A stretch of 64,000 bases of DNA, from NCBI GenBank assembly GCA_965215505.1, contig OZ244065.1:2560001-2624000 (forward strand), given 5' to 3'. Position 1 is the first letter of the stretch. Each line of letters opens with the position of its first letter. The translations under genes were made by a program, and so were the position numbers. The notes beneath the pieces are model-generated. The model was not told the origin of the DNA. It saw only the letters and a list, made by a program, of their open reading frames with translations, and did not search any database. Below, piece by piece: positions 8,359 through 18,803 of this stretch. The stretch is from Capsulimonadaceae bacterium (GTDB taxonomy: Bacteria > Armatimonadota > Armatimonadia > Armatimonadales > Capsulimonadaceae).

Positions 8359-10773
8359 TCATGGGGCGGCCTGTGCCTGTTTGGTCGCGTGGGCCTGGCG
8401 GTACAGGGCGTTGAGCTGGGAGGGGGTGACGGCGACGTAGTCCGGCCCCAGATTAGCCAGCATGTCCCGGAGGTCGGACAGCTTGGAACCCCAGTTCCAG
8501 ACGAAGGCGTTGACGAAGGCGGGGCGGACGGACCCGACGCTGCCGCGCACCTGGTCGGCGAGTTTCTGCGCGCCCGGCCCGAAGGAGACGGCGCGGAAGA
8601 CGGGCTGGCCGGTCTTGGGCAGGGTGTAAGTGAAGTGGCTGTAGGAGTCGCCGCCCTGGGTGCCGTAGTCGGGCATCAGGAAGGCGACGCCGGGGAGGTC
8701 CGCACCGACGCCCGCGATGTCTTCGGTGCGGACGTTCATCAGCCGGACCGTTTTCATGTCCATGCGGTCCATGTAGGTCTGGGTCAGGCCGTAGAAGCCC
8801 GCCGTCGCGCCGGGGCGGTCTTTGAGGGCCGTGGCGAAGTCGGGCGGGTAGATGTAGCCGGCCCCGGACACGTCGCACAGGAACTCGTCGGTCGGGGCGG
8901 CGTGGTCGTAGTACCAGCGGGCCAGGGTCGGGGAGACATCAATCAGCGAGGGGGCCATGCCCCAGCCGATGGGGAATGTCCCGTGCAGAGGGTCGGTGAA
9001 GTACTGCCGGAAGTACCCGCGCCAGGTGCAGAGGTTGTCGCCGTCGGACATGGTGAGTGCGAGATAGACCTTCGTCGGGTCGTAAGGCGGGGCGGGCGGC
9101 TGCGTCTTCTGCTTCAGGGCGGCAATGGGGACGCCGCTCAGGACCGAGTAGTTGGCGACGTAGTCGCTGACCGTCGTGATCTTGCCGAAGCGCGACCCGA
9201 GCGAGACGCCCGGCGTCTCGTCAATGCCCACGCCGTCGCCGTGCCACCAGAAGCCGCGCACGACGCCGCCCAGCGGCATCCGGGCGAAGGTGGCCTCGAC
9301 CTCGGCCCGCTCGGCGTCCTCGTCCGCGCCGGGCCGGTCCTGCGCCTTGGGTCCGGTGATCCAGAAGGCCATGCCTTTGGCGGCGATGATGTCGTCCACC
9401 TGGCTGCCCAGGAGGGGCGGGTCGAGGCAGAGGCAGAGGTACGGGTTCAGGCGGGGCAGGAGAGTCGTGCGGGCGTAGTGCAGGGCGTCGGCGTCGTCTT
9501 TGAACTTCCCGCGCAGGTCGCTCTTGATGGTCAGCCCGAGCCGGGCGGCGAGTTCGGGTGTCGCGATCACCAGGTCATCGGCCCCGGCGATGTCCACGGC
9601 GATGCAGGGAGAGAGGTAAACCTTGGGGTCGGCCACGACCGCGCCCTTGTAGGCACTCTTGAACGTCGTGAGCAGCGTCATCGGGTCGGCGACGGGGATG
9701 GGTGTGTCGGTTTGGCCCTGGTCCTGCATGGCCTGGAGCCAGAACGAGTCGTCATCGCTCGCAACAAGATAAATACGCGGCTGCGTCCGGTTGATCAGCC
9801 CTTGCAGGGACGTGAGCAATAGCTGCTCGTCATGGGAGAGGTGGCGCACGTCGGCGACGTAGAGGTGCCGGGCGGGCGGCGGCGACTTCGGCTGCAAGGT
9901 CGCGTAGGGCCGGCGCGGGGTCGGGAGCGTTAAACCAGCGTAGACGCGCGGGTGCGGCAGACTGCCAAGCGCGGCCAGGGCCGCCGTTCGGCGTGACGCG
10001 GGCAGCAGCCCCTTCTGCGCCAGAGCCGCCACCGCCCCGCGCGTCAAAAGCTGCTCAAGGACGTAGGGTTTGAGGGACTCGTCGCGGAACCCCGTCGCTG
10101 TCCAGACGTCTACGGCCCCGGCGAAGGCATCGCCCTTGTGAACAAGCAGGGCGGCCGTGGGCCGCCCGCCCGCCGTCAGGATGGGGATGATCTGCACCCC
10201 GGCGGGGAGGGTGGCGGGGTCCAAAGCCTGCGCGTCCTCGCCGAACCCCCAGTCCAGTTTGAGGCCGGTCAGTCCCAGCAGGTCATTTGCGGGGATGACG
10301 GCAGGCCCCGCCGGACCGCCCTTGAAGCCCCCCACCCCGATGCCGTTGGCCCCGAATAGGGCCGGGCCGCTGTCATGGCCCAGGTCCTTCCAATCCCCTC
10401 TGGCATCCTGCGCGACGGCGTGGGTGAAGGGGATGCCGGACAAGACCAGGCAGCCGCCGGCCTGATGGAACGCCTTCAGGTTGGCGAAGGCGATCCGGGG
10501 ATAGGCGTTGCCGTAGGGCAGGATGACGGCGGCATAGGTCTTGGCATTCATTCGGATGGGGTCGGCCAGTGCGGCGGCGTCTAATTGGTCGGCGGGCAGG
10601 CCCGCCGCTTGCAGGTCGGCGGCGATCTTCTTGGGCGAGAGGGAGGCGGGTGTCCCGTAGGACGCGAAGCCGGGCTGGGCGAAGACGGCGACGCGCGGGG
10701 CCGCATCAGGAGCGGCGGTGGCGGCTGACGCGAACAGGGACAGGAGCGCAAGGAGCGCGAGGAGCAGTTTCAT
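8359..10773 (-). CDS. Secreted GxGYxYP-domain putative glycoside hydrolase
   Basis: Signal peptide; SLQGLINR, MSDGDN and SGAGYIYP motifs. Confidence 0.88.
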   Translation of the reverse strand: MKLLLALLALLSLFASAATAAPDAAPRVAVFAQPGFASYGTPASLSPKKIAADLQAAGLPADQLDAAALADPIRMNAKTYAAVILPYGNAYPRIAFANLKAFHQAGGCLVLSGIPFTHAVAQDARGDWKDLGHDSGPALFGANGIGVGGFKGGPAGPAVIPANDLLGLTGLKLDWGFGEDAQALDPATLPAGVQIIPILTAGGRPTAALLVHKGDAFAGAVDVWTATGFRDESLKPYVLEQLLTRGAVAALAQKGLLPASRRTAALAALGSLPHPRVYAGLTLPTPRRPYATLQPKSPPPARHLYVADVRHLSHDEQLLLTSLQGLINRTQPRIYLVASDDDSFWLQAMQDQGQTDTPIPVADPMTLLTTFKSAYKGAVVADPKVYLSPCIAVDIAGADDLVIATPELAARLGLTIKSDLRGKFKDDADALHYARTTLLPRLNPYLCLCLDPPLLGSQVDDIIAAKGMAFWITGPKAQDRPGADEDAERAEVEATFARMPLGGVVRGFWWHGDGVGIDETPGVSLGSRFGKITTVSDYVANYSVLSGVPIAALKQKTQPPAPPYDPTKVYLALTMSDGDNLCTWRGYFRQYFTDPLHGTFPIGWGMAPSLIDVSPTLARWYYDHAAPTDEFLCDVSGAGYIYPPDFATALKDRPGATAGFYGLTQTYMDRMDMKTVRLMNVRTEDIAGVGADLPGVAFLMPDYGTQGGDSYSHFTYTLPKTGQPVFRAVSFGPGAQKLADQVRGSVGSVRPAFVNAFVWNWGSKLSDLRDMLANLGPDYVAVTPSQLNALYRQAHATKQAQAAP

Positions 10774-10794
10774 GGCAAAGCCTTTCGTGGGTCC

Positions 10795-13700
10795 TCACTT
10801 CGCCCGGAACACCGCGATCTCGGCCAGGCCTGCGTTCTCCGTTCCGGGTTTGACGCTGGTGACTTTGAATGTCAGCGCCGTGACCGTCTTGGCGGGGAAG
10901 CGCAGCGTGAGCGGCGTCTTGGCGTCGTTCGGCAGCGCGCCGACGGAGAGCGTGGTGCCGTCGCTGAAGGCGATCTCGCCGGACGTGATCTGGTCGGTCA
11001 GGTTGGGGCGGTCGTACAGCAGGATGCGGTCTATCGTCTGTGGCGTCGCCCAGGTCAGCGTCAGGGTCGCGCCGACGGTGCCGCCCGCCGACCACTCCTG
11101 GCTCTTGTCGCCGGGGTAGCCGCCGACGACGCCGTCCGTCGCGCCGTCAATGGAGTAGCCGCCCTCCACGCCACTGGCCGTGACTTTGGCAACCCCTGCC
11201 ACGTTGTCCTCGCTCGTCAGGGCGTCGTCCGTCGGCGGGACGGCGGGCAGGTGGTAGGTCACGCCCTTGATGCGGAAACTGACCTGGGCGGGGCCGAAGA
11301 CCGTCTTGCCGCGCCAGACGTGCGGCGGGCCGCTGACCTGGAGCGGGGCACCGGACAGCGGCAGGGCCACGGCCGCCTGGCCCGCGACCTGGACCTGATC
11401 ACCGTCCAGCACCCCGCGCGGGGCGTAAAAGAGGTCCTGCATCTTCCCGTGGTAGAGGTAAGCGCCCTGGTTCTTGTGGACCAGACCGACGCCGGCGGTG
11501 GCCAAGACCGTTTCCAGATCGGCAGGAACCGGAGCGGCCGGGTTGCTCGTCGGCCCAAGCCCGAGGCCCGTCATTCGCCGCTCGACCGCCAGACGGTGGA
11601 GGGCGTTCCATCCCGTCGGCGCGGCCTGAACGACGACGGCGACCGCCGAGCCGACGGGCCGGGCGGGGAGCGTGATACGGTTCATGTCGGTGACGGCATC
11701 GTAGGCAACAGCAACCGGCCTGCCGCCGACTGTTGCCTTGATCGCCCGCGCCGTGTCCGGGAGTTCAATGACGACAGTGCGCCGGGCGGGCTGGCCGGTG
11801 TAATGTCCTTGCGTCGCGCCCACCGTGATGGTCACAGCCCCGCCGTGGCGCGTGCAGGAGAGCGGCGTGGTCGCGGACTGTCCATGCTCATAGGCCGTGG
11901 TCACGCCGTCGTCTTCGTACAATGTCGAGCGGCCCGTAGCCCCATCCGCGCCGGGATAGCAGCGGACGCGCAGGGTCGTCAAGGGCGCGGTGCCCATGCG
12001 CGGCGTGTAGGGCTGCATGGGAATAGGGACGCCGCCCCGGACGTACAGCGGGAACTCGTTGATGTCAGCGGCGACGAGGGCATCCGTGTCCCCAGCGTAC
12101 CGCTCGCCGGTGAACAGGTCGTACCAGGCCCCGGCGGGGAACCAGACCGTTTGCGAGGCGACGCGGCCCGGCCCGACCCCCGCCGAGACGATGGGGGCGA
12201 CCAGGATGTTATCGCCCAGCTGGAACTCCTGGGCGTTGTGGTAGGCGTCCTCGGCGCGCGGGTTATCGAAATACAGGGGCCGGTCGAGCGGGACTGTTTC
12301 GCGGGCGGACTGGGCGGCGCTGGTGTAAAGGTACGGGAACAGCTCGGAGCGCAGGTGGAACGAGGCGCGCATGGAGTCCTCGGCCCAGGCGGGGTAGTTC
12401 CAGGGGCGGCGGTCGGTCTGTGCGTCGCGCGTGGAATGCGAGCGCAGGACAGGCGAGGTCGCGCCGAACTGGCACCAGCGGGCGTAGGACTCCTCGTTGC
12501 GCCCGCCCATGTGGCCGCCGATGTCGTGCGACCAGAAGAAGCAGCCGACGTTGCCCGCCGTGGCCGTGAAGGGCACTTCGAAGGCCAGCATCGGGAAGCC
12601 GGTGTCGGCGTCCCCGGAGAAGTGGATGGGGTGCCGGTGGTCGCCCCACCCCGCCCAGCGGGAGAAGGACAGGCCGCGCTGCCCGTTTTGGGCGGTGTGG
12701 TCATAGAGCAGCGTGTTCAGCCAGAACAGGTTGGTCAGGTCGGGGACGGAGCGCGTGTCGGGGTACTGCTGCCAGTCCAGCCACCAGAAGTCCACGCCGT
12801 CTTTCTCCAGCGGCGTGAAGACGGTGGAGAACAGCGCACCCATGTACGCCTTGGAGCCGGCGTCAAAGGGCAAGGTCTGCTTCGTCACCGGGTCCGCGCC
12901 CACGGCCCGCATGAAGGCGGCATACCGGTCTTCGTGCGGCGCGACGCCGTCGGCGGGGTGCAGGTTCAGGGTGACGTGCAGGCCCTGCGAGTGGAGCCAG
13001 GGCAGGAGGGTTTCGGCGTCGGGGAGCAGCTTGCGGTTCCAGGACCAGCCGGTCCAGCCGTCCTCGTGCCAGTCCATGTCCAGCACCATGTTGTCCAGGG
13101 GGAAGTCGTGCTGCCCGTATTCCTGGACGATCTTGCGGTAGTCGTCGGAGGAGAAGGGCCAGTAGCGCGAGTACCACACGCCCAGCGCGTACTTTCGCGG
13201 CAACGGAACCGGCCCGCCGACGGCGGTGAGCGACTGCAAAGCGGCCCGGTAGTCGTCGCCGTAGCCGAACAGATAGCAGTCGGTGCCAGCGGTTTTTGGC
13301 CGGGACTGCACCCAGTCGGCTGTTAAAAGCGGCGAGCGCGAGTCGTCGAGCAGATACCAGCCGTCGCGGGACAGGACGCCCTGGCCCAGATCGAACGGCC
13401 CGGTCGCGCCGTCCAAAGTCCGCGCCGTGCCACCTAGATTTCCGGGGTTTGTCGCGCCCGGTGCCCAGAGGGCGGGCTGCGCGCCTCGCCTGATCTCGGC
13501 CCGCAAATTGGAACCCGAGAACGACAGGCCGTTGGGCGTATAGGTCAGCCGGATCGCGCCGGTGTCTATGACGGTCGCGCCGCCGACTTGGGCCAGACGG
13601 AAGCCGTCAAAGCGGGCGGCCCGGTTCGCGGCGAACAGCGACGGGGCATCCACGAACGCGGCATTCGGCGAGTATTCCAGGCGGACGCATTGCGGCGTGA

Positions 13701-13887
13701 TGACAGTGAACCGTGCCGAGCCGACGACGACGGGGTTTGATGCGGCTTTGGCGGACTGAAGAGCGCCCAGGAGCAGAAGCGCCAGCGCGGGCAGGAGAGC
13801 GGGCAGGCGGCGCAGCGAAGCGCCGGGTCGGGGTTTAGAGTGGGTCACAGGGAACCTCGGGCGGTGTGGAAGCATTGCTGCCGTCAC
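10795..13887 (-). CDS. Secreted GH31 glycoside hydrolase (GH31_u1-like) with C-terminal beta-sandwich/CBM-like domain
   Basis: VLDMDWH, nucleophile motif GVDFWWLDWQQ, HFSGD, WSHDIGGH, LYEDDG. Start uncertain (13887 GTG or 13875 ATG). Confidence 0.9.
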   Translation of the reverse strand: MTAAMLPHRPRFPVTHSKPRPGASLRRLPALLPALALLLLGALQSAKAASNPVVVGSARFTVITPQCVRLEYSPNAAFVDAPSLFAANRAARFDGFRLAQVGGATVIDTGAIRLTYTPNGLSFSGSNLRAEIRRGAQPALWAPGATNPGNLGGTARTLDGATGPFDLGQGVLSRDGWYLLDDSRSPLLTADWVQSRPKTAGTDCYLFGYGDDYRAALQSLTAVGGPVPLPRKYALGVWYSRYWPFSSDDYRKIVQEYGQHDFPLDNMVLDMDWHEDGWTGWSWNRKLLPDAETLLPWLHSQGLHVTLNLHPADGVAPHEDRYAAFMRAVGADPVTKQTLPFDAGSKAYMGALFSTVFTPLEKDGVDFWWLDWQQYPDTRSVPDLTNLFWLNTLLYDHTAQNGQRGLSFSRWAGWGDHRHPIHFSGDADTGFPMLAFEVPFTATAGNVGCFFWSHDIGGHMGGRNEESYARWCQFGATSPVLRSHSTRDAQTDRRPWNYPAWAEDSMRASFHLRSELFPYLYTSAAQSARETVPLDRPLYFDNPRAEDAYHNAQEFQLGDNILVAPIVSAGVGPGRVASQTVWFPAGAWYDLFTGERYAGDTDALVAADINEFPLYVRGGVPIPMQPYTPRMGTAPLTTLRVRCYPGADGATGRSTLYEDDGVTTAYEHGQSATTPLSCTRHGGAVTITVGATQGHYTGQPARRTVVIELPDTARAIKATVGGRPVAVAYDAVTDMNRITLPARPVGSAVAVVVQAAPTGWNALHRLAVERRMTGLGLGPTSNPAAPVPADLETVLATAGVGLVHKNQGAYLYHGKMQDLFYAPRGVLDGDQVQVAGQAAVALPLSGAPLQVSGPPHVWRGKTVFGPAQVSFRIKGVTYHLPAVPPTDDALTSEDNVAGVAKVTASGVEGGYSIDGATDGVVGGYPGDKSQEWSAGGTVGATLTLTWATPQTIDRILLYDRPNLTDQITSGEIAFSDGTTLSVGALPNDAKTPLTLRFPAKTVTALTFKVTSVKPGTENAGLAEIAVFRAK

Positions 13888-13932
13888 AGTTCGCCGCTAG
13901 GAGTGGGTTTTCCTGCTGTTTTAGGCCGGGGG

Positions 13933-14271
13933 CTAGGCGACGGCATACCCGGTGTGGGGGCGGACGTTCTCCGGGTGGAAGGCGGGGACGATGTCCGACT
14001 TCGGGATACCCGCCGCTTCGAGATCGTACCCGATGCCGTCTTCCGTCCCATCACGCTGTATCCAGACCTTGCCGCCGATGATGTCCAGATGCACGAGGCT
14101 ATGATAGACGCGGCGCGTCTTCCCCTCCCATCCGGCGGAGACGATGAGGTAGCGGTCGCGGCCTTCATCAAAGACAGCTTCATTGGTCACGTCGGCGTTC
14201 GCATAGCGGCGCTCCGTGAGAGAAAGCAGGAGGTCCCGTATGATCTCCCGATAATGTTCTACCTTATCCAT
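13933..14271 (-). CDS. xisI: XisI family protein
   Basis: HLDIIGGKVWIQRDGTEDGIG...GIPKSDIVPAFH signature. Confidence 0.92.
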   Translation of the reverse strand: MDKVEHYREIIRDLLLSLTERRYANADVTNEAVFDEGRDRYLIVSAGWEGKTRRVYHSLVHLDIIGGKVWIQRDGTEDGIGYDLEAAGIPKSDIVPAFHPENVRPHTGYAVA

Positions 14272-14680
14272 TTCGTGATTTCCTCTTCATCAGGGTCAAA
14301 AACAATCAGGCGCAGAGCATTCTTGTTGAGGAAAAGCTTGCCGATCCCTTCCACAAAAACCTCCTCGTAGACAGTCTTCCGCACTGCGAGGAACAGTCCC
14401 CGATCCGCCTCATACGGCGACTGCCTCAATGCCAGATCGTAAAGCCAGAACTGCCCGACGGCCTCTTTCAAATCCTGCACCGCCGACAGACTAACGAAAG
14501 ACTTAATCTCGACGGCAATACGTTCCCCGTCCCGTTCGGCAGCGACGACCCTTTCCGCCCCGATGTCGATCAGCAGGTTGGTGTCTTCTACCGTCACAGC
14601 GAGCGGTCATGGGTAATCGTCCAACCGTCTTTGCGTAATGCCCGGACGAAGGGCATGTGATAAATGTCTCTTGCCGCCAT
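14259..14680 (-). pseudogene. xisH: XisH family PD-(D/E)XK-like protein, frameshifted
   Basis: ATG at 14680 gives MAARDIYHMPFVRALRKDGWTITHD and then loses frame. Adding one base at GG 14605-14606 restores HDPLAVTVEDTN...IAVEIKSF (140 aa). Confidence 0.82.
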
Positions 14681-14784
14681 GTATTGCACTACTCCTGGGA
14701 CATGATACCACTACTGCCAATGATGTGACATCATTGACGGCGGGTACTTGGGGGCATGGTTCAACGGGGGAGGCAAATGCCGCC

Positions 14785-15561
14785 TCAGCTCCGCTTGCGG
14801 GCGGCGGGGCGCGGCAGGCGGCGGCGGACGACCAGGACGGCGATGTCGTCGTGGAACTCGCCCCGGCAGAAGGCGGAGACGCGGCGCAGGAGGGCGGCGA
14901 CGAGGCGGCGCGGGCCGAGGGGGGCGACGCGGGCGAACAGGGCCTTCAGCCGGTCCAGGCCCAGCCAGTCGCGGCGGGACTGGGACGGACGGGCGTCGGA
15001 AACACCGTCCGTGTAGAGGAGCAGGGTGCCGCCGGGGGTCAGGGTCGCCTCATGCTGCTCAAAGCGGGCCATGTCGGGCGGGAACGCGCCGACCGGCGGC
15101 CCGGTCCCGACCAGCTCCTCCACGGCCTCAGGGCTGCGCGTCCCGGCGGCGGCGATCAGGGCCGGCTCGTGGCCGCCGCTGGCGTAGGTCAGCCGCCCGG
15201 TCCCCGCTTCGAGGGTGCCGACGAAGACGGTGCCGAAGCCTTCAAAGTGGGGGTCGGGCTCGATCATGGCGTTGACGGCGGACAGCGTCTCGGCGGGGGT
15301 CAGCCCGACCGTGATGCAGTCGGAGATCAGCTCGCGCATGTGTTCGGCCTGGAGCGCCTGCTCCGGCCCGTGCCCCGCCACGTCGCCGATGACGACGGCG
15401 ACATCGCCGGTCCCGTCCGCCAGCGCGAAGGCGCTGTAGAAGTCGCCCCCCGAGGGCGGCGTCGCGGGCTGGTCGGCGTGGGCGGCGACATATTCCGTCG
15501 AGAGCTTCTCCTGGTCCTGCCGCAGAGCCGACTTTTCTTCCTGTGGCATCTCTTCAGTCAT
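14785..15561 (-). CDS. Stand-alone PP2C/SpoIIE (RsbU-like) phosphatase
   Basis: GGDFY, IGDVAGHG, GGHEP, LYTDG, HDDIAVL motifs. Start probably 15561 or 15567, just after an extended -10 TGCTATACT. Confidence 0.9.
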   Translation of the reverse strand: MTEEMPQEEKSALRQDQEKLSTEYVAAHADQPATPPSGGDFYSAFALADGTGDVAVVIGDVAGHGPEQALQAEHMRELISDCITVGLTPAETLSAVNAMIEPDPHFEGFGTVFVGTLEAGTGRLTYASGGHEPALIAAAGTRSPEAVEELVGTGPPVGAFPPDMARFEQHEATLTPGGTLLLYTDGVSDARPSQSRRDWLGLDRLKALFARVAPLGPRRLVAALLRRVSAFCRGEFHDDIAVLVVRRRLPRPAARKRS

Positions 15562-15712
15562 CGCCATACAGTATAGCATAGCTTTTAAATTTGTGCCACA
15601 CGGTGATCCCCTCTGCCGGAAGGCTGATTGCTTCGATTTAGAGTTTCAAAGGAAAAGGCTTAAAGAGAAAGGTCTAAAGAGAGTATATCCAGCCTCCGAT
15701 AATTACCGGGTG

Positions 15713-18700
15713 ATGCAATACACACAGACTGTTCACAAGAGTTCCTCGGAAGAAGTCAAAACCACGCCCCACCCACGCACCCTGGAGTGGATCGGGACGG
15801 CCGCAATGGCGATGGGCGGCAGCAACCAGAGCCTGTTTATCATCGGCGCGCTGATTGTCGGCCAAGGCGATATCCGAGGCCAGGGCACTGCGGCGGTTCC
15901 TTTGCTGATGCTCGGGTTGATCTTGGGCTGGATGGCCGCGCCGGGATGGCTGGAGTTAGTCCTGATGTGGCCGAACCGCGTGGGAGGCATTGCGGCGACC
16001 TGCGCCGAAGCGTTCCGGCCCTACAGCCCGGTTCTCGCAAACCTCGCCGGGACTTGCTATTGGTGGGGATGGATTCCTACCTGCGGGCTGACGGCGCTGC
16101 TGTCGGCTTCGGCGATCCATCAATGGTATCTCCCGCAGATCTCAACCCCCTTTCTTGCCTGCGTGCTGGTGCTGCTGTTCGCGGGTGTCAACCTATGCGG
16201 CGTCCGGTGGGTCACGCGGATGACGGTGCCGATCGCCGCCGGGTCGGCCTGCCTGGCTTTTTTGTCGGCGCTCATTCCGATCCTGACCGGACATGTGGAC
16301 TGGCATCAGGCGACGACGTTCCACTTGACCATTCCCTTTTCCGGCCTGTTCGGCAGCCTGACCAGCTTCATGGCCGGGCTATACCTTGTCGGGTTTGCCG
16401 CGCCTGCTTTTGAGGCCGCCGCCTGCCATGTCGGCGAGACGATCAACCCGGCGAAGAACGTCCCACGCGCGATGTTTGCGTCAGGCGCGATGGCGACACT
16501 CTTTTTTGGCGTCCTGCCCATCGTCTGGCTGGGAACGCTCGGCTCTGAGGCGCTGGGCGGCGACCTGGCACAGACCTTGGGGCCGACGTTCGCCCCGCTG
16601 TTCGGGAGCGCCGCCAAGGCAGCCGCGATCTGGTTCATGATGCTGAACATGTTCCATGGGACGATCCAGCCCCTCGCGGGGGCGTCCCGGACGCTTTCGC
16701 AGATGGCCGAGGACGGCTTGCTGCCACAGGTCCTTGCCCGGCGGCTGCCCACGGATGCGCCCTGGGTGGCGACGGCGCTCACGGCAGGGATGGCGATCGC
16801 CTTCCTGCTGGCAGGTGATCCGATCTGGCTGGTGGCGGCGGCGAATCTCACCTACCTCATCGGTATCTGCCTGCCCAACATCGCCGTCTGGCTGCTGCGG
16901 CGGGATGCGCCGGAGATCACCCGGCCCTGGCGCGCGCCGCGCGGGACGATCGAGCTGGGGGTCGCGGCTTCTCTCGTCTGGCTGGCCGCGACGGTCCTCG
17001 GCTTCGAGCAGTTTGGGCTGCCGACTGTCCTCGCGGGCCTGGCGCTGGCCTACTCCGGGTCGGTATTCTATGCCCTCCGGCGCTGGCAGGACCGCCGTGG
17101 GCAGAACATCAGGAAATACACCTGGTCCCTCCATGCCAAATTAACGGGCGCGATGCTTCTCGTGCTGACCTTAGACAGTGCCGGGTACTTGCTGGCAATC
17201 AAGAGCATCCACGTCAGGCATCCAGTCTGGGCTGCGGCGCTGGAAGATATTTTTGTCGCTGTAGCGCTGCTGACGATCTCTGTCGGCCTGATCCTGCCGG
17301 GGATGATCGGCCATGCCATGGCCGAGGTCGCGCAGGCCGCGCGGCGGCTGTCGAGAGGAACGCTGGCTGACTTTTCTCGGGCGATGGCAGCGCTTGGCCG
17401 GGGTGAGCTGGACGGAGCATATGCGCGCGTAGACGTGACGCCGGTCCGCGTACATTCGCACGACGAGGTGGGGGAGATGGCGGACAGCTTCAATGTCATG
17501 CAGGACGAAATCGCCCAGGCAGCCCAGGGGTTGTCGGGCGCTCGCGAGGGCCTGCGGGCCGCCAACACCATTTTGGAGACACAGATGGCCGAGCTGCATG
17601 AGAGCCGGGAGCGTTTCGAGATCGCCGTTCAAGGCTCCCGTGACGGCTTGTGGGACTGGGACATCCTGCGTGACACCGTTTATTTTTCTCCGCGATGGAA
17701 AGCGATCTTAGGCTTCGAGGACGATGAGATTCCCAACAAGTCCGGCGAGTGGATGGCGCACGTCTGGCCCGAAGATAGACCTATGGCGGAAATGGCGGTG
17801 GAGGAATACCTGAACGGCACACGGTCCGAGTATGAGATCGAGTTCCGCATGCGGCACAAAGACAATGAACCGCGCTGGGTGCTGGCACGCGGCGTCGCCC
17901 TGCGTGATGCCGATGGGCAGCCCTATAGGATGGCAGGGTCGCACACGGATATCACCGGGAGGAAGAAGGCGGAACAAGAGCTACTGGCGGCCAAAGCGGC
18001 AGCGGAAGCGGCCTCGCTTGCCAAGAGCCTGTTCCTTGCCAACATGAGCCATGAGCTGCGGACACCCATGAACGCCATCATCGGCTTCTCCGAACTGCTC
18101 CAGGACCAGGTGTTCGGCGAGATGAATGCGCGTCAGACCAAATATGTCGGCAACATCTCGACCAGCGGAAAGCATCTCCTTCAGCTTATCAACGACATTC
18201 TGGACTTGTCTAAAGTGGAGGCAGGTCACATGGAACTGTTCGTACAGGCGGTGGAGGTCTCCGAAGTCCTGCGGGGCGTGCTTGCCGTCGCAAAAGGGCT
18301 GGCTTCCAAAAAGCAGGTGACGCTGACCTTGAGCAGCGCGGAGGACCTGCCGCCGCTGCTGGCCGACCCGGCACGTCTCAAACAGATCCTTTACAACCTG
18401 CTCTCGAATGCGATCAAGTTCACGCCGGAGGGCGGGCAGGTGACAGTCAAAACTCGTATTGTGGCCGATCTGCTGGAAGTCTCCATCTGCGATACCGGCA
18501 TCGGCCTGCGTCCCGAGGATCGCGAGCGGATCTTCGGTCAATTCGAGCAGGTGGACTCGACCTATACCCGTCTTCAGCAGGGCACGGGATTGGGCCTGTC
18601 TCTGACCCGCCAGATGGTCGCCATGCACGGCGGTGAGATATGGGTGGAGAGCGAAGGCCTCGGCTTAGGCTCGACCTTCCGATTTACGCTCCCGCTGGCA

Positions 18701-18766
18701 GCTCCGGAATCGCTGCCGGAAACGACATCCTCCCTGCCGGTCCCCGAACTCCGCTTAGCCGCATAA
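15713..18766 (+). CDS. APC amino-acid-permease::HAMP::PAS::histidine kinase fusion
   Basis: About 12 TM permease region (GGSNQS, GETINPAKNVPRA), HAMP-like DEVGEMADSFN, PAS (GLWDWD...FSPRWK), HisKA FLANMSHELRTPMN, HATPase NLLSNAIKFT / DTGIG / GTGLGL. Start uncertain. Confidence 0.9.
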   Translation: MQYTQTVHKSSSEEVKTTPHPRTLEWIGTAAMAMGGSNQSLFIIGALIVGQGDIRGQGTAAVPLLMLGLILGWMAAPGWLELVLMWPNRVGGIAATCAEAFRPYSPVLANLAGTCYWWGWIPTCGLTALLSASAIHQWYLPQISTPFLACVLVLLFAGVNLCGVRWVTRMTVPIAAGSACLAFLSALIPILTGHVDWHQATTFHLTIPFSGLFGSLTSFMAGLYLVGFAAPAFEAAACHVGETINPAKNVPRAMFASGAMATLFFGVLPIVWLGTLGSEALGGDLAQTLGPTFAPLFGSAAKAAAIWFMMLNMFHGTIQPLAGASRTLSQMAEDGLLPQVLARRLPTDAPWVATALTAGMAIAFLLAGDPIWLVAAANLTYLIGICLPNIAVWLLRRDAPEITRPWRAPRGTIELGVAASLVWLAATVLGFEQFGLPTVLAGLALAYSGSVFYALRRWQDRRGQNIRKYTWSLHAKLTGAMLLVLTLDSAGYLLAIKSIHVRHPVWAAALEDIFVAVALLTISVGLILPGMIGHAMAEVAQAARRLSRGTLADFSRAMAALGRGELDGAYARVDVTPVRVHSHDEVGEMADSFNVMQDEIAQAAQGLSGAREGLRAANTILETQMAELHESRERFEIAVQGSRDGLWDWDILRDTVYFSPRWKAILGFEDDEIPNKSGEWMAHVWPEDRPMAEMAVEEYLNGTRSEYEIEFRMRHKDNEPRWVLARGVALRDADGQPYRMAGSHTDITGRKKAEQELLAAKAAAEAASLAKSLFLANMSHELRTPMNAIIGFSELLQDQVFGEMNARQTKYVGNISTSGKHLLQLINDILDLSKVEAGHMELFVQAVEVSEVLRGVLAVAKGLASKKQVTLTLSSAEDLPPLLADPARLKQILYNLLSNAIKFTPEGGQVTVKTRIVADLLEVSICDTGIGLRPEDRERIFGQFEQVDSTYTRLQQGTGLGLSLTRQMVAMHGGEIWVESEGLGLGSTFRFTLPLAAPESLPETTSSLPVPELRLAA

Positions 18767-18803
18767 AGCATAGAAAAGCATAGAGTAGAAAGGAACAGTC
18801 CAA

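Noticed and set aside
8020-13326. Long plus-strand ORFs 8020-9822 and 11251-13326
   Set aside because: Antisense shadows of the GxGYxYP and GH31 genes, typical of high-GC DNA. The same applies to 28912-30888, 34628-36691, 43587-45692 and 59468-61522.
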